Below, piece after piece: positions 13,040 to 26,204 of a DNA stretch of 64,000 bases. The translations under genes and the position numbers were made by a program. Numbering within the stretch: the stretch's first letter is position 1; each line of letters begins with the position of its first letter. The DNA is from Antedon mediterranea (lineage: Eukaryota > Animalia > Echinodermata), in assembly GCF_964355755.1 (NCBI RefSeq), contig NC_092675.1, positions 12,085,812 through 12,149,811 on the forward strand. The letters are read 5' to 3'. The notes beneath the pieces were generated by a model. That model was not told the DNA's origin. It did not search any database and saw nothing but the letters and a program-made list of their open reading frames with translations.

Positions 13040-15150
13040 GCCCTAGATTTTAATATGTTCTTTCTCAATCAATTCTCTTTCACATGCGTTAAAAACATTT
13101 TAATTGTTATTACGTCATCATATTAACAAATTACGAGAGTTACTTAATTTCGTCTATACAGTATATTTCAATCTGTTATAGCTCCTCACAATAATTAGTG
13201 ACCCGCATAATTAAAACTTATTATGGAAGCTGTTCAATTGTAGATATGAATTCCTATAAAAATGTTGTCTATCTGATGTCATGACATCATCATATGGCCA
13301 GTTGAATTTAAAAAGTCAGATTTACATCTCTTTCATAACAATTCATCGCAATACCATGCATCTCGCTTTTTCGTGTCTAAAATTCTTCAAATTTTCATTA
13401 ATGTAATTATTCAGATAATTATCTTCTAAAATTGCTATCTTTATTTTACATTTCAATGATGTTATTATGTTAAAAATTGGATTAAAAGATAGGTCTCGTA
13501 ATTTCATCTATGCTACACTGTATATAACATATACAGTGTATTCCGTAAATACTGTTATGATTTATGACACCAAATTGGTAAAATTCAGCCCTGTAAACAT
13601 ATTTAATCCATGTCATAGGATAGCATAATAATATTTTAATGTGTGTGCATGTGGCGTTTGCGCGGATAACCCGAACTCTTCTTCTTTGTTATTCTTGTTT
13701 CTTTCCACGATTTTTGTAGACAGCCTATATCTAATAATTGTGAAAATAAATTTGTATAACTTGGTAAAAAGATTGACATTGATGTGTAGATGTGAAGCCA
13801 AGCTTTACGCATGTTTTTTATGAAAAAGTTGAAAAATTCGTAAAATTTATGTCTTTTTTTAAACAGTCACAGATTCTAAAGTAAACGGTGACATTTATAT
13901 TTATTACATGGAAGGTGATGAGTTGTAGATATGGGATCATGCATCAATATGGCTAACCGGACATTGTGACGTCATCATATGGCCACTCAAATATAAAATA
14001 TAGGATTTTTGTCTCTTCGTCATAGCTCATCACATTTAATAGAGCGCATCTCCACTTATGCGTACCTCAATTTCTGCAAGATTTGATATTGTCTAGGACC
14101 CCATTTACACTTACGCTTGGGTCCAGGGCCGGTTGCAAATATTTACCTTTTAGGCCGGCCCAGAGCGTTTACACTAGCGACACAGATTACTGGTCGTAAA
14201 TAATTTTATCGGAAGTACCATTGTATGCTGGGATACGAAGTACAGTTTGTTTACATTTTTCTCTCTCGATCGTCAATTCAACTTTCCGCGCGAACCGACC
14301 GTTTTATATTTATACTGTATTGTTGTTTTTTGTCCCGTTAAAAACAAAATGAACTCCCACTGTTTTATATATAATATATGGCTGTATTTTATGTATATGC
14401 GAAACAAGCGGAGGAATACTTTATTGAAAGAAGTCACAGATGAGGATAATGAAGAGGTTCTTTTTACAAAATATCAAGATCGTGTTCAAGGAGGAAGGTA
14501 TGTACCGAGAATGTCGGATCGTCATAACAACAACCTCATAAAAAGGTCAAACGTTGTTCACGGTTCATTGCGTAAGCCGGCCAAAAACGTAAAAGCCGCT
14601 CCTGAACCTACCTGGAGAGGAGGCCCAGATCTGCGTCCGGCCCAGGGCCGGCCTAACTTTTTGGAGTATTTACACTTATCAATTGCCGACCCAGGGCCGG
14701 CCTAAATCGTAAGTGTAAATGGGGTCTTAGTCAATCAATTGTCTTTCGCATGATTTACCATTTTATAAATTTTGATGACATCATCATGTTCAAAAGCTTG
14801 AATAACTTGGGTCACTTATTTTCATCTTTACAATAAATTTCAATATGTTATAGCTCATCAGAAGGAAAAGTGATTTTCATGATTAAAACGTTTTCTGGAA
14901 CTTGAAGCTGAATTTTACAGTAGATACAAATTCATGTATAAATTTTGCGCATTGGATGTTGTGACATCATCATATGGCCAGTTGAATTATAATTTTCATA
15001 TTTTGCGGCATATAGTTCATGACATTTAGAAGAGCTTGCATCCATATTCTATGTACCCAAATTTCTTCAACACTTTAATATGTTGTTGCTCAGATAATTC
15101 CCTTCTAAAATTGCTATCTATGTGTTTCATTTTGATGACATCATGTTAAA
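13040..15150 (+). mobile_element. Fragmented tandem copies of the Helentron-like family best preserved at 61217-62748
   Basis: Shared blocks tgacgtcatcatatggcca, gatcatgcatcaatatggctaac and gcggataac. Confidence 0.65.
14096..14727. mobile_element. PIF/Harbinger-like MITE
   Basis: TIR GACCCCATTTACACTTACG / CGTAAGTGTAAATGGGGTC. It interrupts the motif ttgtctaggtcaatcaa seen intact at ~28797 and ~62093. TSD imperfect. Confidence 0.8.
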
Positions 15151-15179
15151 TTTGATTCAATTCATTACAACCAAAATAC

Positions 15180-15214
15180 CTCATTGATTGAAGTTCTTCA
15201 TATGTAACATTCAC
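15180..15214 (-). CDS. ASNSD1: ASNSD1 small exon (35 nt)
   Basis: tttttcag|GTG...ATG AG|gtatt. Encodes VNVTYEELQSM(R), like INVSMEELQKLR. Phases 0/2 join both neighbours. Confidence 0.9.
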
Positions 15215-15587
15215 CTGAAAAAATAAAAATATTGTCAACATTTTTATGTTGTGTATTTGCTGTATTTTTGGTGTGCATATAGTAATAGTGTATAGCTGTA
15301 CATCTAGGTGGTTATTTCCCGCATTTTGCTACTAATGTACACATGAATTTAAAGAAATCTTCACAGATGAAAAAGCATTAAAATGAATGAAACACAAAAC
15401 AATCTTATTACAATGCCGATTTCTTCACACTAAGATTTCGTCAAAATACAATGAAAATGTGCATGATATTAAGGAGAAGACAAGTTTAGAGGATACTACA
15501 GAAATTTAAACCAAAGAAGGCAGGACACCGTAGCTTCCTAAATGGAGACTACATAAAACAAAAATTGGACCAAAGCTACTTAGGGCA

Positions 15588-18047
15588 TGTAACGCCAAAT
15601 GAAGTGACATTGCCAAATGAAGTTCGCGTGGCCTGTATCGCACAAGGCTAGGTCACTTAATTTGGCAGCACGTTTCTGGCGAGCTAATCGTGTTATAAAT
15701 ATTGATATTACTTATTTCCAAATAAACACAAACTGAAAATTATTAACCGGAGTATTTCTAACCTAATAACCTTTACTCATTGTATGAAATTAAACCATTA
15801 TAACTGAAAAATACGCCGAAAATTTACTATTTTAGTGTAAAAAACGAAAGGCACTGTCCATCGAAAAATCTAGAAAACTCGAAATGCATGATGGGAAGCC
15901 TACCGATCCCTTTCTAAGCAGCTGGAAAAGAAGACTACTCGTTTTAGCGCCAAAGGAAAGTGTCTGAAGTCACGTCTGCATGTTATGCGGACATGGTCTG
16001 GGACAATTTGCCTTTGGCTCTAAAGCGTTTTTATAGAGTTTGAGTTATGGGACGCTATTGCTGCATTATTTTCTAGTAATATTTTGATTTGACGTTCCTT
16101 TCGTCGGTACATTATTCCCGTTATTATTTTGTTCGGTTTTATGAATTTCTATGTTTATGTTTTCAAATTAAAATGATTATTCGTTGAATATGAATGTATC
16201 CTGTTATTCTACTGATTATTATATATATTTTTTTGTTTAACATTGCTTACTATTTAATCAATTCCGTTTTTTTAAATGTATATGACCAATGTTATTTAGG
16301 CCTATGTTTTTTATTTATAAGTTCTTTAAAAATATTAGTTACATGATCACATTTTTGTCACTTATTATACCTACAGTATAACACTATATTTCCTTTGATG
16401 TCTGAAACATTAAAACATAAATTCGCAATACTATGGCGAACCTAAGTCGCAAATTGTTAGTTGGATATTCGTTATAATTTCATCATCTCATTTGTTACAC
16501 ATGTGTGTGTGACCTATAATAAATAAATAAGGGATGGTAGGCCTAAATGTAGTCGAGGGGAAATTCATCAAAATGTTTCATCAAAACAATAACTCATAAG
16601 GTCGGAAATATTTAGATAATGGAACCAAATTTTGCAATAAAGTCTTTATTGCAAAATTTGGTTCCATTATCTAAATGTTAAAAGATGAGATATTGCCTTG
16701 TTCTCTTTTGTTATCAATCTTTTCATGTCACGTACCGTAATAGATTGTAACAGTTGAACATGCATATCACAATAAATAAATAATGGTACCTAATTAGTTC
16801 AGCATTTTCATCAAGTTTTAACAATATTTGATGTCGGAAACATTCCCAATAATAGAGACTAATTTTGCAATATGTTAGATATTTTATTCAGTTGGTACTT
16901 TTTACCTTGATGTCGGAAACATTTGAACATAAATTCGCAATAATGGATCATAATTGTGCAATGAAGTTGTCATCTCATTTGTTCATATCGATGTGAGAAC
17001 CAGTTTGGATGGGAATGTGGTGAGCGAAATTCTAAGCAAGCTAAATACATGATACAGTTATTTTAAGGTTGGGAACACAACGTGAATTCGCAAATAATTG
17101 AACGTAATTTTGCAATAAAGTCGTCATCTCGTTTGTTCATATTACGATGTGGGAAACAAGTTTGGATGGGAATGGGGTGGTGAGCGAAATTCTAAGTAAG
17201 TATTACTTCGAAGTCGGAAACAACCTTAAATTCGCAATAATGCAATGGAACCTAATTTTGCAATGAAGTCGGTCACCTTGTTTGTTCATACGATGTTGAA
17301 AACATGTTCGGAGGGGTGGACGAAATTCTAGGAAGCTAAATACAGTTACCGTAGTTATAACACTAATTATTTTGAGGTCGGGAATATTAGAATTTATACT
17401 TAAATGGAACCTAATTTTGCAATGGAGATTGCATGCGTTATTTTCATCTCGATTGTTCGTTCCATCAATTCATACGTCGTACATAATATGGAACATGCAT
17501 GCACTTTTATACTTTGTGGGGTGATGAGAGTGGGATGCTACTGTAAGTTAATATTTTTTATTTATTGACATACAGTAATTTAATTAGCTATATCGATGGA
17601 ATAGTAGATTAGGCCTATATTTACACATTTGCAGCCTTCACTATTTATAGAATAAATCAGCACTGCAGCACAATCTATTGGTTTTAACTGTACACGCGGT
17701 GATTCAACTAAAAGCAGTAAAAACATTTTGGCACACAAGGCGTATCATATAATTTGCGGACCATGACCGAAGCACTTCCGCTTCGATCTATTCGACGAAA
17801 ATCAAAAAAGGATAACTATTTTCTGCTTTATATTTAATTTAATGTAATAGCTTGATCTAATAACAGGCGTAACAACACAGAATACATATTGTAGTTTAAT
17901 TCTGGCTTAAATATGTTTGTTTTATATAAACTGTATTTTACAAAATTACAATAGAACTTCATTTTGCAATAGTACCTAATTAGACGCCTTAGACGCCAAA
18001 TTAAGTGCGGTACCTCATTTGGCAGTGGTACCTCATTTGGCGTGACA
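15588..18047. mobile_element. Ginger-like non-autonomous element (TGT...ACA, 5-bp TSD) with an internal degenerate tandem array (16400-17460)
   Basis: TIR TGTAACGCCAAATGAAGT.../...CCTCATTTGGCGTGACA. TSD GGGCA on both sides. Confidence 0.75.
16610..16676. repeat. Perfect palindrome, 33-bp arms with 1-nt spacer
   Basis: atttagataatggaaccaaattttgcaataaag-t-ctttattgcaaaatttggttccattatctaaat. Confidence 0.95.
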
Positions 18048-18456
18048 GGGCATAGCATGCATAATCGGATTCATGAGACAAAATAGTATGTTGCCTAAAT
18101 GCCATGTGATCATTAACTTTCATTGAACATGTCAACCACATAACATTGCTAGGTGTTGTAATTCAGGAAAATAGGTCACAAGAAATTGTATCTAATTGTT
18201 TGTTTTTGCTCTCTTTTGTAATGAAGGATTCTGGGGCACCTATAGCCAACTAGATTAGTTTCTTCATAAATTGATATTAATTGGCATATGCAATATTTTT
18301 GGAAAAAATTATACATCTTACATAATTAAGCCTTGAGGAAATGCAATTACCCTTGTAAAAACTTTTTTTGTGATGCACGATTGATTTTAAGACATGCTCT
18401 GCAGTTTTTGTGTTTTATACCTTATTAAATATGAATATTTAACAATAATTTAGTAC

Positions 18457-18550
18457 CTCTAAAAAGTTCCAATGTCTGTCTGGATTCAGATTTTGTAATT
18501 CTTGTAGGCCAGCAAGACCGGTTATCCTGTCTGGCACATCAAATGAACTC
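18457..18550 (-). CDS. ASNSD1: ASNSD1 exon (94 nt)
   Basis: tttag|G AGT...GAG|gtac. Encodes [31 protein letters not shown], like [27 protein letters not shown]. Confidence 0.95.
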
Positions 18551-18799
18551 CTAAATCAAATTCAAACAAAATTTCATCAATAGTTAAACAGTATAATGAA
18601 AACTTAAACAACTATATTTACAAAAGGTTGGTACAGTAGGTGATTATATATAAAATTTGCTTTGAGAAAGGCTATTAAACGCAAATACACCTTATGGCAC
18701 ATTAATTGCATGTTTAATTGTACATACTCCAAATGCTCGAACATTTGTATACATACACATCTCCAGTGTATATTAACTATAAAAAATAAGTAAACTTAC

Positions 18800-18883
18800 G
18801 TTTGTCTCTCAGCACTGTCTGATTTTATTTGTTGTTGAAAAGCGACATTTATAAGGTCAATAGTTTCAGATATAGGAACATAT
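18800..18883 (-). CDS. ASNSD1: ASNSD1 exon (84 nt)
   Basis: ttttttag|A TAT...CAA AC|gtaag. Encodes (R)YVPISETIDLINVAFQQQIKSDSAERQ(T), like HIPLDEPIDLLNVAF. Phase fits the upstream exon. Confidence 0.93.
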
Positions 18884-19193
18884 CTAAAAAAAAACAAATA
18901 CATATACTCTGTACTGATGCAGACAATATTTCAGTCCTACACAAATTATACAAATATAGAAAAGGATAGAAAAACATGAAAATCTCAATACTGTAACATA
19001 CACAGAGCAAAACAAGAGCAATCGGAGAGTTGCAACTTCCGCCAGGAGTAAAAAGATAAAGAATTGTGATAAAGTGGCGTCTTATAGTTTTTATTTAGTT
19101 TTGACGTTTTTATCCTGCTCACTATATACTATATATAAATATTTACCGCCCACCATATTATCTACGAACCTTTATTTTACCATTTATCTAATT

Positions 19194-19198
<5 letters not shown>

Positions 19199-19258
<60 letters not shown>

Positions 19259-19455
19259 TATAGAAATTCCTTCACTTGCTTGCACTGATGAAGGGCTAGT
19301 GTTGCCCGTAAGCTCTGCTAACTTTTCTGGCTGTTTTACTTTATCGTTTTGATTTAGCTTTTTGCTTTTTTTTTGTATCTCCATTGGGATCCAGCCACTG
19401 ATACCCACAGCATTGTCATTTTTTCAGTTATTTGCCTTTGGATTTATATTATAAA
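19199..19455 (+). mobile_element. (AT)n microsatellite plus Penelope-like pLTR fragment with a mutated hammerhead (family A)
   Basis: CTGATGA at 19285, stem II GGGC/GCCC, GAAA changed to GTAA. Homologous to 31057-31210 and 35697-35876. Confidence 0.75.
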
Positions 19456-19723
19456 CGTGTGCCACTGATACAAAATCGTTTGTTAAATAAAGTTTATCGT
19501 TTATCATTTAACTCACACAAAAATCTCAAGAAAAATATAACCTCCTAGAGGAAGGTAATTAAACAATCACAAAAGATTGAAAGAATTAATATAATATAAA
19601 AGTTTCAAAGCAAACTTTTTTCTTTTAAAAATATGAACTTTATGATTTCCTATATGGATAGGACAGCCTACACAGACAGCAGTACAGTAGAATGCGATCA
19701 AGTATAAATACAATCTGTATAGT

Positions 19724-21561
19724 CTGGGGCGGATCCAGACATTTTTGAGAGGGGGGGGGGGGGGTCCGCCAATAAAAAGGGCACATCAGATATTGAGTAT
19801 TTGAGCCACAGCCCCGCCATGGTGGGGGTTGTGGCGAAGCCAATTTTGTTACAGGACACACTTAGATGGCCGGAAATGGCACTCTCGCACGCAAAATCCA
19901 TGATAAATGGCACCTTTCTAGTTTGCCGGAAATAACACTTTATTAGCAGGGATAACGATGCAAAATTAAAAGTTGTTATTTTTCAACCAATTTAAAAATT
20001 ATCTGTTGGTATTTTGTTTCAATATTCCAATAAAGAAAGAATTACGAAAATCTGACTTGTAGTTTTCGAAATATAGGGTCTAAAACATTGCCGAAAATGA
20101 TCGTTAAAGCTTGGTTCCCACTAGAACGTAACGCAAAGACGTAAACGTAACGCAAAGACGTAAACGCAACGCAAGCGTTTTAACCAATGACAAGCGAAGT
20201 TATATACAGTTAGCAATCACAAGCGAATAAGCCATCGCTTGTGATTGGTCAATTCACTTGCGTTGCGTTACGTCCTTGTGTTGCGTCGCTAGTGGGAACC
20301 ACGCTTTATAGCCACGAACGTTGTAAACAAATTGCGCCATTTTTCGCTAAAATAATTACATAATTATAATTACGTTTTATAGTAATTTCTTTTATATATT
20401 AACATTGGAAATATCAATAAAATATGTTATTAAATGTTTATAAAATATATAGAGTTGTTTATTTAATGGAATTCGTACAAATTCATTGCTCTAAATTTGT
20501 GTAGTACCGTTCAGTACAGAGAGATCACGTGACTTCTTGGTACACGCGAGAGAAAACATTCCGCTGTGGGTGATTCGTGTCCACCAATCAAATAGCCAGA
20601 ATCCAAAATCATTCAACCGTGAGCTCTGCCGATCGCGGGAAAGCTCAGCTTTGATTGGCTTACGATGACATCATATCACAAAATGGTGGTTTTGTAGTTG
20701 AGCCTCACGTAATTTTCACAAATATTGTTTCAAAAATGAAATAAATGAACCTTCTTTATGGTATGTGTGATTTTTCTTTAAAAGATTTGAATAATAAAGG
20801 CTTCATATTGAGAAAAAAACATTTTTTTGGCACTTATAATAAATATTTCTCAGAGAAAAAAGCACATGGCTTGTAGAACTATATTATCTTGGCGTAGGAA
20901 GACAAACAAATCCCAGGTCATGAGAGGCTCAACTACAAAAACAAGGTTGAATAGTGTAAGGACCCGTTCGATGATTTTTGAGTAAACAATCTACCGCGTA
21001 TGGTCGTACGCGCCAGATAGTGCGCTAGATAGTACGATATTTTAACTACATTTTTTACATGTTTGGTTGGATGTAATGGAAATAAAAAATAGTTGATCTG
21101 ATGGAATGATATGTAAATAAACAAATACTCAAAAGAATTATGTTTACAGTTCAATTATTTTCAGAATAATAATACATAAAAATGTGTTTACCAATGGACA
21201 AATAATCGCGTCAATGACATAGCGCGCATGGTAACGTACGCGGAGTTGAATCGTAAAAAGTTTACATGCGCCCTCTGTAGTATGTGAAACGATCTATTTT
21301 TAGAAGTTTAAGTAGAGATCATCACGCGTCACCACCTCTCACAATGCTCTTTGATCGGCCGCCGTAACTTAACATCGCGCTCATTGTGATAAATTTCTGT
21401 TTTAATTTTTGGGGTTAGTGTAGCCTACTCTGTACATACTAATATACACACAAATATGTCACACGAATAAAATATTGAACCTCTAAAAAAAAGGCACCCT
21501 TAAAATTTAGGGGGGGGGGGGGTCCGGACCCCGTGGACCCCCCCCTCTGGATCCGCCCCAG
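19724..21561. mobile_element. Non-autonomous DNA transposon with 5-bp TSD (hAT5-like), composite interior
   Basis: TIR CTGGGGCGGATCCAG / CTGGATCCGCCCCAG. TSD ATAGT. Confidence 0.85.
20107..20306. mobile_element. 200-bp Harbinger-like MITE
   Basis: TIR AAGCTTGGTTCCCACTAG / CTAGTGGGAACCACGCTT, flanked by TA. An empty-site paralogue lies near 48470. Confidence 0.8.
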
Positions 21562-21838
21562 ATAGTGAGCCCTCAATGTAAATGTTTAACCTGCTTTTTC
21601 AATAATAAACTAAATATGATTGATGTTCTTGATAAAGCAATCAAATTCAATTATGGACAGTTTTCTTTTGACACTTTGAATTTGATGTAAAACAATATCT
21701 TGCTGCCACCTCATTGAACTACATTTAGTGGGGTCAGATAAAGGTGAAATCAGCAGAAAAAAAAGTCCAAATGAGTACTGAAAATGGTGTGGTGTACTAC
21801 CAGAAAGTGCTTATGGCTTAAATCAATGATATATTATA

Positions 21839-24800
21839 CAGTCAACTCTCCCAATTCCGACCACCCTCCGGACTGACCACTTTGACCGGTTTTTTGGACG
21901 GTACGGTTTATAGAGAGTGTTTGTTTACATACCTTATACACCTCACATTGGGTTGAGAATTAGGCTAGGCCCCCTCTAACTAGGCCTAGCTAGAAAGTAT
22001 TCAGTATATGATGTATGTTGACTCAACAAGGCTCTTATTATCAATACATTTGGTTTTTTGGGTCACATCCACCACACACAGGTCACACGCACGACGACAT
22101 TTTTCTGTGTAGAGATGCATAGGCCACGCCTCCCTAATCATGTATCAACCAATAGAAAACGATAAATGAAAATCTAATTGCCCAGTTCTTTCTACGTACC
22201 TTGGCGGCGAACGACGATAAGAGAATTTTAACAAAACTTATTTCAGAAAAATATTAAACACAAAAGAAACGAATATAAAATGAATTGATTACATGAATTG
22301 ACCTGAATTGAAATTAAGAAACTTTACAACCTTTATTATAATTTACATTAAAAATGACATTTTTACTTAAACTACTCATTAACATTTTCGCCTAATTAAA
22401 ATTAAACAGTTTAATACAATATAATTTTTACTTTAAAAGACATACACATTAACATTTTAAACCTATCTAACAGCAAACCAGCTGTCCAGATTAGATTGCT
22501 TTGCGTCCCTACGCCTACGTACAATTTCCTTTTCCATACTTTGTGTAAGATCCTATACCTGCCTTTCCATAATTTGATCCCCCCTATCGCCCAAATACAA
22601 TTCTTAATTTTACCTAACATACAAAGCATATCTGTGTAAAGACAGATGTCTACCATCGTCAGAATCATTACTTTCAACGTGTTCGACCTCCTCAATCTCG
22701 TCTGACATCACTTCCGGGATGCCCCACCATAACTTTCTAGATCGATCTCCCACTAATCTCCCACCTCTTCCACTGGGAGCGCATCGTCGATGGCCACATA
22801 TGTATCAGCATCAACATCGCTGTCTATCTGCCCAACCAAATCGTGGACTTCTGCATCCATTACATCATCTGCATTATCTAAAGTTGAATCAACCAAGATG
22901 TTGAAGCCCAACGGTTGAAGCACTTGGTGATGGTTGTCGCCTTAGTTTCTCGCCATGCGGCTGCAGTCCAATTAACACCATCGAGGACGTTGATTTGTTT
23001 GGTAACATCTGAAGCCGATTCAGCTACATCAATTTTGGCGAGTACACTCCTCATCAGTTTGGCTCTGTAGCGGGTCTTGAAAGCTTTAATAATGCCTTGG
23101 TCTAGCGGCTGTAGCACTGACGTGGTGTTTGTTGGCAGAAATGCTAGTTTCACATGCGATTTATCTCTGTCGAAATGGGAGGATGCGTTGTCCAGGAACA
23201 AGAGTATGTGTCTGCGTTGGAACTTCATCTGGCGATTGAGGTCGTTAAGGTAGTCATCAAAAAAGGCTCCAGTCATCCATGCTTTGCGATTCGCCTTCCA
23301 TACGACGGGCAGTTGGTCTTTCTTGATGTTCTTAAAACATCATGGGTTTTCAGCTCGGTTAATTACCATAGGTTTAAGCTGAAATAAAAAAAACCCACAA
23401 ATAATTATGGTGACATTTGCGCCATGATGATGACTGCAACAATGATCATGACTATGAGGTAACCATGATGATGAAAATAAGAACATCGTGGCGAAAGTCA
23501 ATTAACATCCAAAAAACTGATGACGATAAAAATGATTACAAATGACGAAAGAAAATGTTTAAAAATAACATCATGCTTGAAATGAATGAAGAGGATAAAA
23601 CGGTCATGATCTAAGACATGCTTGGTAAATTTAATTGCAAACATAATTATGATGGTGAAAATTGACAAAGATTGTGATGGTCATGATTTAAGACAAATTA
23701 CAAAATTAAGACAATCGTTAAGTTAATTCATGATCATGATGCTGAAAATTAATGAAGATAACGTGGTCCCGACCTAAAGACGACACTTAAAGGATTTAAG
23801 AATTGTGGCAACAAGGATGAATTAGTTTTAAACTATGAATTAGTTTTAAACTGATTCCTCCTTGGATGAATGTGGAAAAAACAGGAGAGAATTTAAGAAA
23901 AATAAAGAGATAAATCTTTAGCTTACCTTTTCACCAGTCATGCTGCATGTAAACATTACTGTAATCCACTCTTTTGAATTCATTACTCCGGTAACATCGT
24001 CCTGCTTTTCGGCAAGTGTTCGATCTGGTAGTGCTCTGAAATAGAGGCCTGTTTCATCACAATTGAAGATATCTTCAGGAGCCAACACATAAATCAGCGA
24101 TTTTACTCTTCCATTCAATCACAACGTTCTGGTCTACATCTCCACGTTCACCAAAAACCGTCACTTGCTTGATCTCATTTCGTTTTTTCCATTTTGTCAA
24201 CCATCCATCAGATGCTCCAAAGTTAGTTATGTTCAATTGCTCTGCAAATTGAGTAGCCTTTGCTTTTATCAATGGCCCGCTAATAGGAATGTTCTTATCT
24301 CTGGTCGTCTTAAACCACACCAACATTAACTGATTTAAATCATTGAATCTGATTTTCACAACTTGGAATTTTGCGCCTGTGTTCTCCTCCATTTTCGATT
24401 TCCATTTGTCTTTTGCTTTAAATTTTGTCTTTCCCACACCATATTTCTTTGCTACGTCAATTCGTTTCATACCGCTTTCTACATCATTAATTAATCTAAG
24501 TTTAGTCGCTACATCAATTTCGGTTCGTTTCCATTTGGTTGCCATAATGATAATGATGAAAGTTTGCAATGAGACACGATTTTTATAAAAAGAATTGAAT
24601 TGAAAAAAATACACAAAGACACAAGATAAAAAAAGATGCCATTTATTAAACAACCAACAAATAAAAGCAAGACCGTTTTTGTTTCTTTTATTAAAACAGT
24701 AAAAAAAACAACGCCCAAATCAAAGCTTTCGGTGCTTTCAGCGTGTCACACACGATCCAGGGTGGAAGGTCAGATCAGAGTCGGACATACGGTAATGCTA

Positions 24801-25081
24801 ACGAACTGAATGGCTTTGTTTTCTGATTGATAGGTGTTAATTGAGTCATCGGTGTTGTTATTTTCGGTAAAGTTAAGTTCAATACATCGTTTATTTTAAC
24901 TGGGCGTTCGGTTTATAAGGTAATTCTATTGTTCTTGACTGAATAATTTGGTCGATATTCAGTCTGTTTTTGGAATGGATTTTTGTACAGGAAGAATAGG
25001 CAATTTTTTGAGACTTTCACAAACGGCCGGTTTAGCGTGAAAACTGGTTTTCTGGGCGGTCGGTTTTGGGAGAGTTGACTG
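21839..25081 (-). mobile_element. Full-length but inactivated Tigger/pogo transposon with a two-exon transposase pseudogene
   Basis: TIR CAGTCAACTCTCCCAA with TA TSD. CENP-B-type HTH (MATKWKR...ISGPLIKAKA..F.ASDGWL), NCDETG, LDNASSH and QPLDQG (DD29D). Contains frameshifts and a TGA. Confidence 0.93.
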
Positions 25082-26204
25082 TATAAGTTTAAAAAAACAA
25101 ACAGAATCAGTATATCAAAATCACCATCATCACTTTAAGGGCTGAACCAAGAACTCTAAGAAAGATACCAAAACCATTTGGAATGGCTGAACCAGAAAAT
25201 ATCGGGATACTAGAGTAATGAATGGAGATAACTATACTAAAAGCAAATTACTGGTTTGAACTATATCTGAGAATCTCTTCTTGTCAAACATTGTTGAGGG
25301 GTGTATGTGATTTCAATTGTAGTATATTTCAATTTTATCATCAAGATTTACCAAAATTAGGTCACATATCATTGGAACACTTGAATGTGATAAACATTAG
25401 ATTTTCTATGAATTATGTTTGTTTTACATATTACTGTGAATTTTCCAAATGTTTTTACAATTTATGCTATAAATAAAATGTGCACACTGTATGATGTATG
25501 TAAATTGACCTTGTTATTCTAAATACAATATATTGGTCTCCATGTATGCGGAAAGATTAAGTATATTATAATAAAATTTTCATTACCTAGAAAATATAAC
25601 GGTTTTATAAGATTTTATTATAAATTACCTAATATTTTAATATAGGAAAATGTATTCAAGCCTATAATACAGTATTTTTATCTTATATTCCCAGAAAAAG
25701 TACTTGCATTCTCCGAACACACAATATGTTAATTAAAGAGAAGTAAATAAAATAATAAAAATATAGATTGTTTGTCTTGCTATTTCTTGTAATTGATAGA
25801 TAAATTGCTGTTAAGTTGATAAAAACAAATTATTTCTATCATTCTTCGTAGTGCATATTAAGGAAAAGAAATTATTGGTAATTCTTGTCTGTCTATTTAA
25901 ATTACCAACTGTTCTGATTAATATTCCAGACCAAGTCCAATAATTTGAATTGGAAACAAAATTTACTGTGCTGGAAATTCAATCAGCACAAAATAAGTCT
26001 GCTGTAAACACAATAATATGATAGTTGGTTGGCCAAGAAAGACCATGCACTCAATTAAACTGAATTAGATTATGTACAGATCCATTTTCACAGAAAACAT
26101 AAACCAAAAAAAGCACATTTCAACATTCTAGTAGTAATTTCAACATACAATTTGATTCCTTTTTAGTTATTATTTGTAATCGTCTTGTTTCTATTTTTTT
26201 TCTT

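Noticed and set aside
14247-14705. 152-aa ORF
   Set aside because: Lies wholly inside a MITE and runs into its TIR. No recognisable domain.
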